Shown here in pieces: positions 28,581 to 38,614 of a stretch of DNA of 64,000 nt. Location: assembly GCA_963839255.1 (NCBI GenBank), contig CAWIUH010000007.1:86280-150279 (forward strand). The letters are read 5' to 3'. The position numbers and the translations under genes are program-made. The DNA comes from an uncultured Acidimicrobiaceae bacterium. GTDB taxonomy: Bacteria; Actinomycetota; Acidimicrobiia; Acidimicrobiales; RAAP-2. The stretch's first letter is position 1, and each line of letters starts with the position of its first letter. The notes beneath the pieces were generated by a model. The model was not told the origin of the DNA and searched no databases. It was given only the letters and a program-made list of their open reading frames with translations.

Positions 28581-29129
28581 GTGCTCGCCTGGATGGACTT
28601 GGAAATGACCGGCCTCGAACCGGAGCGCCACGTCATCGTCGAGATCGCCACGTTGCTCACCGACGACCATCTGAATATCGTGGCCGAGGGTCCCGACCTC
28701 GTTATTCACGCCACTCCCGAGCAACTCGCCGAGATGGGCGAGTACGTGACCGCGATGCACACCAAGTCAGGGCTCCTGCCCGCCATCGCCGCCTCGACCA
28801 TCACCGTCGAGGTAGCCCAGCGCCAGACGCTGGAGTTTTTAAAATTCCACATCGATGAGGCACGATCAATACCGCTGTGCGGCAACTCCATCGGCACGGA
28901 TCGCCGGTTTCTTCAGCAGTACATGCCCGAACTCGAAGCGTTCTTCCACTATCGCAACGTGGACGTGTCAACCATCAAAGAGTTAGCAAAACGGTGGTAT
29001 CCCGGCTCACTGGCGGGCCAGCCCGAGAAGGACTCGGCGCACCGCGCGCTCGACGACATCAAGGAGTCGATCAACGAGCTCGTGCACTACCGCGACACTC
29101 TGTTTCAGCCGATCGAAACGACCACCTGA
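28581..29129 (+). CDS. orn: Oligoribonuclease
   Basis: WMDLEMTGL, MHTKSGL, CGNSIGTDRRFL, HRALDDIKES. Confidence 0.96.
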   Translation: MLAWMDLEMTGLEPERHVIVEIATLLTDDHLNIVAEGPDLVIHATPEQLAEMGEYVTAMHTKSGLLPAIAASTITVEVAQRQTLEFLKFHIDEARSIPLCGNSIGTDRRFLQQYMPELEAFFHYRNVDVSTIKELAKRWYPGSLAGQPEKDSAHRALDDIKESINELVHYRDTLFQPIETTT

Positions 29130-29135
29130 CTCGCG

Positions 29136-30872
29136 ATGAGCGACCACGCCATCAGCCTCCAAGAAGCGGACGCGCTGTTGACCGCGCCAGGCCAGATGTT
29201 CGAGACCGAACGCGCGATCGTCAAAGGCATCGAGATGTCCGTGTGGAAGAACGCGCCATCGAGCCTGCGCCAGATGCTCGACGCGTCGCTCAGTCACGGC
29301 GATCTCGAGTTCTTGGTTTACGAAGAACAGCGCTACACGTTCCGCGAGCACTACGCGATCGTCGCCACGCTCGCCCACCGGCTCGTCGAACACGTCACGA
29401 AGGGTGATCGAGTCGCAATCGCGTCGCGCAACCTGCCGCAGTGGTCGATGGCGTTTTGGGCCGCCGCTTCCGTTGGTGCCATTGTCACGCCGCTCAACGC
29501 GTGGTGGACGACCGACGAACTCGCCTACGGACTTCGCGACTCAGGATCATCGTTGCTTTTCGTCGACGGCGAGCGGCTCGATCGCATCTATGGGCTGATC
29601 GATGACATGCCCGCTCTCCAGGCGATCGTCGTCCTGGGCGATCCGGCCCGGCCCGTCGAGTTGCGACGCCACGATCGAGTCCCCATCGTCACCGTTGAAG
29701 AGTTCCTCGGTGAGATCGACCGCGACGTTCCGCCCAACGTGGATCTCGCGGCCGACGACGACGCCACGATGTTCTACACCTCGGGTACGACCGGACACCC
29801 GAAGGGAGCAGTGGGATCACACCGCAACGTCATCACGAACTTCATGAACCTTTCCTTTGGCGCGTATCGCGGCGCGTTGCGCGCGGGGGTGACGCCTGAC
29901 CCCGAGGCGCCAGGCACTCAGAGCGTCGGTCTGTTGAGTGTGCCCTTCTTCCACGCGACGGGCTGCTTCGCCGTATTGGTACCCAGCGCATTTGCCGGAG
30001 CCAAGATCGTGCTCATGCATCACTTTGATGCGGGCAAAGCGTTGGAGGTCATCGAGCGTGAGCGGGTCACGATGATCGGCGGTGTACCGACGGTCGCGAT
30101 GCAGATCATCGATCACCCCGACTTTGCGCGCTACGACACCTCCAGTGTCACCAGCATCGCGTACGGGGGCGCGCCCGCGCCGCCTGAGCTGGTGACCCGA
30201 CTGCGCGCCCGTTTTCCGCTTGGACTGCCGAGCAACGGCTACGGACTCACTGAAACCTCGGCGGCCCTCGCCTCCAATCCCGGATTCGACTACGTCAACA
30301 AGCCCGCCAGCTGCGGACCGTGCTATCCCGTCAACGAGGTGGCCGTGGTGCCCGAGGGCTACGCGGGCGAGTTCCCGGGCGACGATGTCCCTCGCGGCCC
30401 CGACGTTCTCGGCGAGCTGTGGGTGAAGGGTCCCAACGTGATTCGCGAATACTGGAACAAACCCGAGGCGACGGCCAGCACCTTTACCAAAGAAGGGTGG
30501 CTGCGCACGGGCGACATCGCTCGCATCGACGATGAGGGATTCATCTTCATCGTGGATCGCGCCAAGGACATGATTATCCGAGGTGGCGAAAATGTCTACT
30601 CGGTGATCGTGGAGGCCGCTATCTTCGAACACCCCGACGTTCAAGACTGTGCCGTCATCGGCGTACCCCACCCCACGCTCGGTGAAGAGGTCGCTGCCGT
30701 CGTCGTGTTACGGCCGGGTCGGGTGATGAACGCCGAGGAGGTCGGGCGCCACGTGGCGGCTCGCCTCGCCAAGTTTGAGGTGCCGACGACCGTCATCTTT
30801 CGATCCGAGCCACTGCCGCGCAACCCCCAAGGCAAAGTCCTCAAGCGCGAGCTGCGCGACTCACTCGCCTAG
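29136..30872 (+). CDS. Long-chain acyl-CoA ligase (class I adenylate-forming)
   Basis: YTSGTTGHPKG, YGLTET, TGDIA, IRGGENVY, GKVLK. Confidence 0.92.
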   Translation: MSDHAISLQEADALLTAPGQMFETERAIVKGIEMSVWKNAPSSLRQMLDASLSHGDLEFLVYEEQRYTFREHYAIVATLAHRLVEHVTKGDRVAIASRNLPQWSMAFWAAASVGAIVTPLNAWWTTDELAYGLRDSGSSLLFVDGERLDRIYGLIDDMPALQAIVVLGDPARPVELRRHDRVPIVTVEEFLGEIDRDVPPNVDLAADDDATMFYTSGTTGHPKGAVGSHRNVITNFMNLSFGAYRGALRAGVTPDPEAPGTQSVGLLSVPFFHATGCFAVLVPSAFAGAKIVLMHHFDAGKALEVIERERVTMIGGVPTVAMQIIDHPDFARYDTSSVTSIAYGGAPAPPELVTRLRARFPLGLPSNGYGLTETSAALASNPGFDYVNKPASCGPCYPVNEVAVVPEGYAGEFPGDDVPRGPDVLGELWVKGPNVIREYWNKPEATASTFTKEGWLRTGDIARIDDEGFIFIVDRAKDMIIRGGENVYSVIVEAAIFEHPDVQDCAVIGVPHPTLGEEVAAVVVLRPGRVMNAEEVGRHVAARLAKFEVPTTVIFRSEPLPRNPQGKVLKRELRDSLA

Positions 30873-30896
30873 CTGCCGTGAGCCTGTGAAACTGGC

Positions 30897-31613
30897 GTGG
30901 TGACGGACACACCCGCGTTGACGGTCGCCGCGTTCGACCTCGACGGAACCTTGAGCGAGGGCGGCAGCGTCTTTAAGTGGCTGCGATTCCTGCGCGGAGA
31001 TCGCACTACCTACGTCGCCAGCGCCTCTCTTGCAATCCCTCTGCTCGTGGGCGCGATTCGCTCGGGCCGGTGGGCCGATCGGGCCAAGGAGCGCCTCTTC
31101 CACAAGCTGATCGCGGGTTTGGACCTGGCTGATGTTCGGGATCGTTCGCGTATCTTCGCCGTCGAGCACTTCGAGCGACACGGACGCGAATGGATGCTCG
31201 CTCGCCTGCGATGGCACCTCCAACAGGGTCACAGCGTGATACTCGTCTCGGCATCGCCACAGATCTATGTCGACATGGTGGCCGAGATGCTCGACACCTC
31301 CGGCGGACTCGGCACCCGTCTAGCGGTCGACGCACGCGACCGACTCACCGGCAGCTATCTCGGCCAGAACTGCCGGGGCAAAGAAAAGATGCGTCGACTG
31401 GCCGAGTGGATCGAAGAGACGCACCCGGGCGGCGCACCAGTCGTGTACGCCTACGGCAACTCTCGGGGCGATCGGCGAATGCTGGGCGCGGCGACGTTCC
31501 CCTTCGACGTCGGTCGGCTAGGTCGATTTGGTGCCCTTCGCCGCTATCCCCACGCGCGCAGCGGCTACTTCCCCGAGGACGCCGAGACACAAGGGTCTAC
31601 TCCTGACGAATAG
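30897..31613 (+). CDS. HAD-IB family hydrolase
   Basis: FDLDGTL, VSAS, NCRGKEK, AYGNSRGD. Confidence 0.88.
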   Translation: MVTDTPALTVAAFDLDGTLSEGGSVFKWLRFLRGDRTTYVASASLAIPLLVGAIRSGRWADRAKERLFHKLIAGLDLADVRDRSRIFAVEHFERHGREWMLARLRWHLQQGHSVILVSASPQIYVDMVAEMLDTSGGLGTRLAVDARDRLTGSYLGQNCRGKEKMRRLAEWIEETHPGGAPVVYAYGNSRGDRRMLGAATFPFDVGRLGRFGALRRYPHARSGYFPEDAETQGSTPDE

Positions 31614-32748
31614 TCGCGCCGAGCTCAACGATGCCGCCTTCGCGGCCGTCGTAGGTGACTTGAAGCGTGGCCGCGCGCTCGCTCCAGGCGACGACGTTGT
31701 GCCCGAGCGGGTCAGTGACGCCGACGTTGAGGTCGTAGACGCCATCGAGCAGTGGTACATGCGAGAGGTCAACGACCACGTGGTTGTGCCCCGGCGTGAG
31801 GTTGACCGGCGCGCTTTGGGCGTCGCTACGACTCACCAATGTCCCATTGTGGGTAAAGAGTTCGATCACGAAATTGCCGCTGTACGCGTTTTGGGAGACG
31901 ACGCTCACGTCGAGGTGCAAGCCCGCGCCACTCTTGACCTCGAAGGAGCCCGAGGGCGTGGAGATCGACTCGATGCGCACGGTGCCGAGCAGGTGAGAGG
32001 GGTCGTGCTCGACGGCGTCAGCCATGAGGTGCTCACGAAAGATGCGTAGCGAGTCACGCGTCGCGCCGTCGGCGATCATGTCGCCACCATCCAGCACGAT
32101 CGCGCGGTCACACAGCGCGCGCACCTGATCGGCGTTGTGCGTCACGAGCAAGATCGTGCGGCCCTCTTGCTGGAAGCGGCGAATACGATCCACGCACTTG
32201 GCCTGGAAGCGCTCGTCACCCACGGCGAGAACCTCGTCAACGACCAGGATGTCGGGGTCCACGTTCACCGCCACCGCGAAGGCCAGTCGCACGTACATGC
32301 CACTCGAGTAGAACTTCACCTGCGTGTCGATGAACTGTTCGATTTCGCTGAACGCGACCACGTCGTCGAAGATGCCGTCGACCATCTTGCGCGAAAAGCC
32401 CAGCATCGCGCCGTACAGATAGACATTGTCGCGACCGGAGAGCTCGGTTTGAAAACCCGCGCCAAGTTCAAGCAGCGCGGCCAGACTGCCGCGCAGACGA
32501 ATCTCCCCCGCCGAGGGCTTCAAGACCCCACAGATGCACTTGAGCAGCGTGGACTTTCCCGACCCGTTGTGGCCGACGATGCCCAACGTCTCGCCCTCGG
32601 AGACGGTGAAGTTAATGTTGTTAAGCGCATCAAAGACTTCGGTCGTTCCTGAGCGCGGATGTAGCAGGCGCTCCTTGAGTGACTGATGACGCTCATGGTG
32701 AATCTTGAAGTTCTTCGAGACGCCTTCGACGGCGATGACGTCAACCAT
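31597..32748 (-). CDS. wzt: Polysaccharide ABC exporter ATPase Wzt with C-terminal Wzt_C domain
   Basis: GHNGSGKST, LLELGAGF, YSSGMYVRLAF, DEVLAVGD; extra C-terminal beta-rich domain. Confidence 0.9.
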   Translation of the reverse strand: MVDVIAVEGVSKNFKIHHERHQSLKERLLHPRSGTTEVFDALNNINFTVSEGETLGIVGHNGSGKSTLLKCICGVLKPSAGEIRLRGSLAALLELGAGFQTELSGRDNVYLYGAMLGFSRKMVDGIFDDVVAFSEIEQFIDTQVKFYSSGMYVRLAFAVAVNVDPDILVVDEVLAVGDERFQAKCVDRIRRFQQEGRTILLVTHNADQVRALCDRAIVLDGGDMIADGATRDSLRIFREHLMADAVEHDPSHLLGTVRIESISTPSGSFEVKSGAGLHLDVSVVSQNAYSGNFVIELFTHNGTLVSRSDAQSAPVNLTPGHNHVVVDLSHVPLLDGVYDLNVGVTDPLGHNVVAWSERAATLQVTYDGREGGIVELGATIRQE

Positions 32749-33687
32749 CTAGAGCACCGACTCGAAGTCGCCCTCAAGGCGACCAAAGATCGCCTCGGCG
32801 ACGAAGAACGCCACGACCGAGAAGGCGAGCAGCACGGCGTTCAGGATGAGAAATTTGTCGTATGACCAGGTCGGGAGTACGTTAATGAGGGGATGAGGAG
32901 CAACGGTCGAGTGCACGATCGTGTTCACGTAGAAGACCCGCTGAAAGGTCACCACGATCAAGGTGATCGGGTTCAAGAAGTAGATCCAGGTGAGTCCGTG
33001 ACGTTGAAGATGCGGTGCGATGGCGTGGGAGTACGAGTAGACGATCGGCGTCATCCAGAACCACAGCTGCAAGAGCACCTCCATCAGGTGCTTCATGTCG
33101 CGCAGGTAGACGTTGATCGCCGACATCACCACCGCCAGGCCCGCGGTGAAGAAGTAGAGCGAGAGGAACGAGATGGGCAGAATCGTCACGAACTTCCACG
33201 CTGGCGCGTGCTGGACGGCCGCGACGAAGATGATCAGCACCGAGAGCTGGACAACGAAGTACACCACCGCGGCACCCACGTTGGAGAGCGCCAGGATCTC
33301 GCGCGGGAACGACACCTTCTTCACGAGGGCGGCGCGGTCGACGATGACGCCCGTCGCGGTGTTCACCGAGTTCTGGAACATGTTCCAGACCACGAGGCCC
33401 GAGAACAGGTAGATCACGAAGTTGGGGTAGCCGTTCTTTAAGAAGATCGAAAAGACCAGGTAGTACACACCCAGGGTGAAGGCCGGGGACACCATGGACC
33501 AGAACAGCCCGAGGGTCGAGTTCTTGTACTTGATGCGAATGTCCGAGACGATGAGTCCGAGGAGCAGTTCGCGACGAGCCCAGAGGTTCGCCAATCTCGT
33601 CGTGAGCGGGACGCGAGCGCTGACGACGCGCACCGGTAAGTCCCCCGATGAACGAGTTCGCAGGCCCTCCCCGGGGGCGTAGCTCAC
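32749..33687 (-). CDS. wzm: Polysaccharide ABC exporter permease Wzm
   Basis: KYKNSTLGLFW, VKKVSFPRE, NVYLRD, W.TPIVY, LNP; GTG 33687 overlaps the clpP stop. Confidence 0.9.
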   Translation of the reverse strand: MSYAPGEGLRTRSSGDLPVRVVSARVPLTTRLANLWARRELLLGLIVSDIRIKYKNSTLGLFWSMVSPAFTLGVYYLVFSIFLKNGYPNFVIYLFSGLVVWNMFQNSVNTATGVIVDRAALVKKVSFPREILALSNVGAAVVYFVVQLSVLIIFVAAVQHAPAWKFVTILPISFLSLYFFTAGLAVVMSAINVYLRDMKHLMEVLLQLWFWMTPIVYSYSHAIAPHLQRHGLTWIYFLNPITLIVVTFQRVFYVNTIVHSTVAPHPLINVLPTWSYDKFLILNAVLLAFSVVAFFVAEAIFGRLEGDFESVL

Positions 33688-34271
33688 TAGACCCCTTGGC
33701 GGACAGCCGACTTTTCGATCACTGCGTCGATGAAGCCATACTCCAACGCCTCTTGCGCCGTGAACCAGCGGTCGCGGTCCGAGTCGGCTTCGATGCGCTC
33801 GACGGGCTGGCCGGTGTGAAACGAGATGCGCTCGGCCAGCGTCTTTTTCATGTAGATGATCTGCTCGGCCTGGATCGCGATATCCGAGGCCTGACCCTGC
33901 ATGCCGCCCATAGACGGCTGGTGCATGAGGATGCGGCTGTGCGGCAGGGAGAATCGCTTGCCCGGGGTACCGGCGCACAGAAGGAACTGGCCCATGGAGG
34001 CGGCCATGCCGATGCAGATGGTGCGCACGTCGCAGTTCACGTATTGCATCGTGTCGTAGATGGCCATGCCGTCGGTGACCGATCCGCCCGGCGAGTTGAT
34101 GTAAATACTGATGTCCCGGTCTCGGTCTTCGGCCTCGAGTAGCAGGAGTTCTGCGCAAATTCGATTGGCCATGTCCTGGTTCACCTCGGAGCCCAAAAAC
34201 ACAATGCGCTCTCGTAGGAGGCGCTGGTTGAGGTCGTTCGCGCCGTAATCGGTCACCCTGGAGTTAATCAT
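33687..34271 (-). CDS. clpP: ATP-dependent Clp protease proteolytic subunit
   Basis: YINSPGG, GMAASMG (catalytic Ser), MHQP, DRDRWF. Confidence 0.97.
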   Translation of the reverse strand: MINSRVTDYGANDLNQRLLRERIVFLGSEVNQDMANRICAELLLLEAEDRDRDISIYINSPGGSVTDGMAIYDTMQYVNCDVRTICIGMAASMGQFLLCAGTPGKRFSLPHSRILMHQPSMGGMQGQASDIAIQAEQIIYMKKTLAERISFHTGQPVERIEADSDRDRWFTAQEALEYGFIDAVIEKSAVRQGV

Positions 34272-34333
34272 TGGACCAATCTACCGTGCGAGACCCGAAT
34301 CTCCGGCCTTCGCGTCCTAGAGTGGAGACGCTC

Positions 34334-34413
34334 GCGGGCGTGGCGGAATTGGCAGACGCGCTGGTTTTAGGTACCAGTTCTTCGGAGTGTGGGTTCGAGT
34401 CCCTCCGCCCGCA
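34334..34413 (+). tRNA. tRNA-Leu (TAG)
   Basis: GCGGGCG/CGCCCGC acceptor stem, CTGGT-TTTAGGT-ACCAG anticodon arm, variable arm, GGTTCGAGT; CCA not encoded. Confidence 0.95.
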
Positions 34414-34574
34414 CGAGTTGCCATTCGCTCATCACAACCAATGCGTTCTCGCGAAGTGTCGCCACGACCACGTCGACCTGCTAACGTGGAAGACGCTGGT
34501 TTATCGCATCTCGCGATAGAGACCGATTCGACACTTCTTTCGAGTTGGACTCACCTCAACTCGTAGGAGTTTCT

Positions 34575-36176
34575 ATGTCTATGTCCTTTGCCGATCTCGG
34601 CGTGCCCGCGCGCCTCGTGGAGCGATTGCGCGCCCGAGGTATCACCGAGGCGTTCCCCATCCAAGAGGCCGCCATTCCCGACGCCCTCGCCGGTCGCGAC
34701 GTGGTGGGCAAGGCAGCGACGGGTTCGGGTAAGACCCTGGCCTTCGCCCTGCCCTTGCTCGCGAACCTAAAGAAGGCCCAACCGCGCAAGCCCACCGCTC
34801 TGGTTCTGGTACCCACCCGGGAACTCGCGGGCCAAGTGCAAAAAGAGATCGCACAGCTCACCGATGATCGCGGACGTCGCGTCATTTGCATCTATGGCGG
34901 TACCTCCTACAACGTGACCCGCAAGGCTCTCAACTACGGCGTGGACGTCGTGGTGGCCTGTCCCGGGCGCCTCGAGGACATGCTCGAGCAGCGTGCCCTC
35001 GACCTCGCCTCGGTGACCACGGTCGTCGTCGACGAGGCCGACCGCATGGCCGACATGGGCTTCTTGCCCGCCGTTCGCCGCATCGTCGGCAGTACCTCAC
35101 CCCAGCGCCACGTGATGCTCTTCTCCGCGACGATGGGCCCCGACGTGTCATCACTCGTTCGCGAGTTCACCCACGACGCGAACGTCCATGACGTGGTCGC
35201 CGACGAAGCTCCCAGCGACGTCGAACACTACTTCTGGCGCGTGCCGCGCGAGCAGCGCGTTGAGTTCACCGCCGACATCATCAAGGAGTACGAGCGGGCC
35301 ATCATCTTCACGCGCACCAAGCACGGCGCGGACCGTCTGGCTCGCCAGCTCGGTGAGCGAGGGCTCTCGGCTGTGCCCTTGCACGGCGATCGCACTCAAG
35401 CCCAGCGTGAACGAGCGCTGCGCAGTGTCAAGAACGGTCAGATCCAGGTACTGGTGGCGACCGACGTCGCGGCGCGCGGGATTCACATCGATCTCGTGCC
35501 CGTGGTCGTGCACTACGACCCGCCGGCTCAGGCGACGGACTACCTGCACCGCTCCGGACGAACCGGCCGAGCGGGCGCGACTGGCGTAGTGATCTCACTC
35601 GTCGGTGAGGACGTCGTCGGTCACACGAAGCGCCTGCAGCGCGCTCTCGGCATCGAGGCACCGCTGACGTCGCGCGAGGACGCGACGCCGATTCGCTTGG
35701 GTGTTATCGACGATGCCGTCGCCGCTCAGTCACTCGACGAGCGCCCGACCAAGCGTGGCCCGTCTCGCAACGACCGCGCCATCGCACGCGAGCCCCGCGA
35801 GCGCCCGGCGCGCACACGCCGTGAGCACACGCCGCGCGACTCAGATGCGCGACACTCGCGCGGATTTGAACGCAGTTCCGCGCCCCGGCGTGACTCGGCT
35901 CCTCGCCGCGACGCTGCACGCACCGACTCACCAAGCACCGGGCGCTTGACCGCCCGCGGTCGCGAAGCAGTCGTAAGTTTCTTCAACGACTCGAAGGGCT
36001 TTGGCTTCGCGAGCGACGAAAAGGGCGACGACCTCTTTATCCACTTCTCGAATATTCAGGGGGACGGTTTTCGCACTCTGAGCCAGGGCCAGACCATTAC
36101 GTTCGAAGAAGCGAGCGGTCCCAAGGGCCGTGAGGCGCGCAACGTGCGTGTGGTCGGTGGAAGTCGTCGCCGCTAA
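34575..36176 (+). CDS. DEAD-box RNA helicase with C-terminal cold-shock domain
   Basis: TGSGKT, PTRELA, DEAD, SAT, ARGIH, HRSGRTGRAG; C-terminal FNDSKGFGF...LFIHFSNI; AGGAG RBS. Confidence 0.93.
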   Translation: MSMSFADLGVPARLVERLRARGITEAFPIQEAAIPDALAGRDVVGKAATGSGKTLAFALPLLANLKKAQPRKPTALVLVPTRELAGQVQKEIAQLTDDRGRRVICIYGGTSYNVTRKALNYGVDVVVACPGRLEDMLEQRALDLASVTTVVVDEADRMADMGFLPAVRRIVGSTSPQRHVMLFSATMGPDVSSLVREFTHDANVHDVVADEAPSDVEHYFWRVPREQRVEFTADIIKEYERAIIFTRTKHGADRLARQLGERGLSAVPLHGDRTQAQRERALRSVKNGQIQVLVATDVAARGIHIDLVPVVVHYDPPAQATDYLHRSGRTGRAGATGVVISLVGEDVVGHTKRLQRALGIEAPLTSREDATPIRLGVIDDAVAAQSLDERPTKRGPSRNDRAIAREPRERPARTRREHTPRDSDARHSRGFERSSAPRRDSAPRRDAARTDSPSTGRLTARGREAVVSFFNDSKGFGFASDEKGDDLFIHFSNIQGDGFRTLSQGQTITFEEASGPKGREARNVRVVGGSRRR

Positions 36177-36187
36177 AGTCGTCCAGC

Positions 36188-36559
36188 ATGGCTGACAAAC
36201 CGCTGGTTGAACCCCATCTCGGCGCATCACCCGACGACCTCGTCATCGACGACATCATCGTCGGTGACGGGACGAAAGCCGTGGCCGGCAAGCATGTCGT
36301 CGTGCACTACGTGGGCGTGGGCGCGACGAGCGGCCACGAGTTTGACGCCTCGTGGAATCGCGACGAACCCTTCGGCTTCGACCTTGGTGCGAGCCAAGTC
36401 ATTCAGGGGTGGGATCGCGGCGTCGAGGGAATGCGTGTCGGGGGTCGTCGTCGTCTCGTGATTCCCGCGCACCTCGCTTACGGCGAGCGTGGCGCGGGCG
36501 GGGTCATCGGCCCCAACGAGACTCTGATCTTCGTCGTCGATCTACTCGACGTTCAATAG
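36188..36559 (+). CDS. FKBP-type peptidyl-prolyl isomerase
   Basis: HYVG, FDASWNR, VIQGWD, LAYG, LIFVVDLL. Confidence 0.95.
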   Translation: MADKPLVEPHLGASPDDLVIDDIIVGDGTKAVAGKHVVVHYVGVGATSGHEFDASWNRDEPFGFDLGASQVIQGWDRGVEGMRVGGRRRLVIPAHLAYGERGAGGVIGPNETLIFVVDLLDVQ

Positions 36560-37197
36560 GCCGTCGGCGCGCGCAACTCGTCGACGGCCAGCATTCGCTG
36601 ATAGTCGCCGTAGCGCTCGGCACAGATCTCCGAGACGAGTCGCAGTCGATCATTGGGATTGCTCAAACTGAGGACCTTGAACTGGTCCAGGATCGACATC
36701 GGCGTGAGTGCGCACAACTGCCAGCTGCGCACGCGCTCGTCCTCGTCCATGGTGACGTTGCGCTGCAGGCATTCGTCCGCGAACATCTCGCTCTGTAGGG
36801 CCCGCAACGCCCGTACGGCCGACTCCGTCGATTTGAGCAGGACCGGTTCGATGGGCACGCTGTCACAGCAACGCTCCCCCACGATCGCGCGGGGATAGGG
36901 GTCGTCACTGAGCCACTTGACCACCTCGAAACACTCCACACCCTCCGCCACGACGAGGGTCTGTCCGTTCGAGAGCCGGTGGGTGCCCAGAATCTCCAGC
37001 ATCGATCCGACGAAGGTGCGCTGGTCATCCCCGCCAACGTCGGAACCGCGCTCAATGAGGCACGTGCCGAATCGGCGGTCGTGCTCCACGTCCTCTAAGA
37101 GGCGGTGATATCGCGGTTCAAAGACGCACAGTCCCACGGTCTGATGCGGATATACCACCATCCCCAACGGGAACATCGCGATCGTGCCGCTCATCAC
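36553..37197 (-). CDS. LON peptidase substrate-binding domain protein
   Basis: MFPL..VVYP...L.VFEPRY, IERG..VGG. Confidence 0.85.
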   Translation of the reverse strand: MMSGTIAMFPLGMVVYPHQTVGLCVFEPRYHRLLEDVEHDRRFGTCLIERGSDVGGDDQRTFVGSMLEILGTHRLSNGQTLVVAEGVECFEVVKWLSDDPYPRAIVGERCCDSVPIEPVLLKSTESAVRALRALQSEMFADECLQRNVTMDEDERVRSWQLCALTPMSILDQFKVLSLSNPNDRLRLVSEICAERYGDYQRMLAVDELRAPTAY

Positions 37198-37232
37198 TCC
37201 CCCACCCTACGGGTGAACTTTACTCGCGCAAC

Positions 37233-37817
37233 CTACGACGCGGCGAGCTTTGCGGCGAAGGCGCGCAGCGCACGACCGCGATGGCTGATGGCGTTCTTCT
37301 CGTCCGCCTCAAGTTGCGCCAGCGATCGATCACTGTTCGCCGGCGCGAAGATGGCGTCGTACCCAAAGCCTCCTTCGCCGATTGGGGAGAAGAGGATGCG
37401 TCCGTCAAGGACACCGTCGACCCACCATGCAGTGTCGTCGGGAAACGTGATCGCGATCACCGAACAAAAGTGAGCGTTGCGCTGGGCTGTGTCAACGCCG
37501 TCGAGCTCGCGCAGAACTTTGTGCACGTTGTCAGCGAAGCTCGCGTGTTCTCCGGCGTAACGAGCGCTGTAGACGCCGGGTCGCCCATCGAGCGCGTCAA
37601 TGAACAGTCCCGTGTCATCGGCGATCGCGGGCAGCCCCGTCGCACGGGTTAGGGCGCGAGCTTTGAGGAGCGAGTTGCCCTCGAGAGTTGCCTCAGTCTC
37701 ATCAACGTCATCGACGTCATCCGGGCGCGACAGAAGATCGATCCCGAGAGGCTCGAGGATTTGGCGCATCTCTCGGGCTTTGTGCTCGTTCGCCGTGGCC
37801 AGCACGAACGAGGCCAT
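37233..37817 (-). CDS. rdgB: Non-canonical purine NTP pyrophosphatase
   Basis: ATAN.HK, DDTGL, PGVYSARY, GFGYD, KNAISHR. Confidence 0.95.
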   Translation of the reverse strand: MASFVLATANEHKAREMRQILEPLGIDLLSRPDDVDDVDETEATLEGNSLLKARALTRATGLPAIADDTGLFIDALDGRPGVYSARYAGEHASFADNVHKVLRELDGVDTAQRNAHFCSVIAITFPDDTAWWVDGVLDGRILFSPIGEGGFGYDAIFAPANSDRSLAQLEADEKNAISHRGRALRAFAAKLAAS

Positions 37818-38557
37818 CAGCGCGGGGCGGGCGGGTTCGCGAGAAGCTCTCGCTGGGCGTCGTGAATTCGTGCGATGCCGAGCGCGGCCAGGTCCAAGAG
37901 CGCATCAAGTTCACTGCGATCGAACGGCGCGTGCTCGGCCGTGCCCTGGACTTCGACGAATCGGCCCGAGCCAGTCATGACCACGTTCATGTCGGTATCG
38001 GCACGCACGTCTTCTTCGTACGGCAAATCCAGCATCGCCACGCCTCCGACAATCCCCACTGACACCGCGGCGACCAAGTCGCTGAGCGCGTGCTCGGTAA
38101 CTCTCCCCGCCATGACCAGGCGCGTGATGGCGTCGTGCAGCGCGACGTACCCTCCGCAGATCGAGGCGGTTCGCGTCCCGCCGTCGGCCTGGAGCACGTC
38201 ACAGTCGACCAGAATCTGCACGTCGGGCAGCAGTTCGAGACGTGTCACGGCGCGCAGCGATCGGCCGATCAGACGCTGAATCTCCTGCGTGCGACCCGAC
38301 TGCTTGCCCTTGGCGGCTTCGCGAGTCGCGCGCTCGGGCGAGGAACCAGGCAGCATCGAATACTCCGCGCTCACCCAGCCCTGTCCTTTGCCCTTCAGCC
38401 AGCGAGGAATGTCGGTGTCGACTGAGGCGGTGCACAGGACGCGAGTGCGCCCGAAACTCACGAGCACCGAGCCGGCCGCCATGTCGGTGAAGTCTCGCTC
38501 GAAGGTGAGAGGTCGGGCTTCGTCGAGTGCACGACCATCTGCACGTAGTTGGGGCAT
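37817..38557 (-). CDS. rph: Ribonuclease PH
   Basis: [39 protein letters not shown]. Confidence 0.97.
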   Translation of the reverse strand: MPQLRADGRALDEARPLTFERDFTDMAAGSVLVSFGRTRVLCTASVDTDIPRWLKGKGQGWVSAEYSMLPGSSPERATREAAKGKQSGRTQEIQRLIGRSLRAVTRLELLPDVQILVDCDVLQADGGTRTASICGGYVALHDAITRLVMAGRVTEHALSDLVAAVSVGIVGGVAMLDLPYEEDVRADTDMNVVMTGSGRFVEVQGTAEHAPFDRSELDALLDLAALGIARIHDAQRELLANPPAPR

Positions 38558-38614
38558 CATTCTCCTCGTCTTGCACCGCGGCGCCGCTCCACGGTAGTGG
38601 AAATCGTCCGCGCG

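Noticed and set aside
34385-34406. T-T mismatch in the tRNA-Leu T-stem suggesting a pseudo-tRNA
   Set aside because: A single mismatch; all other arms and conserved bases are intact
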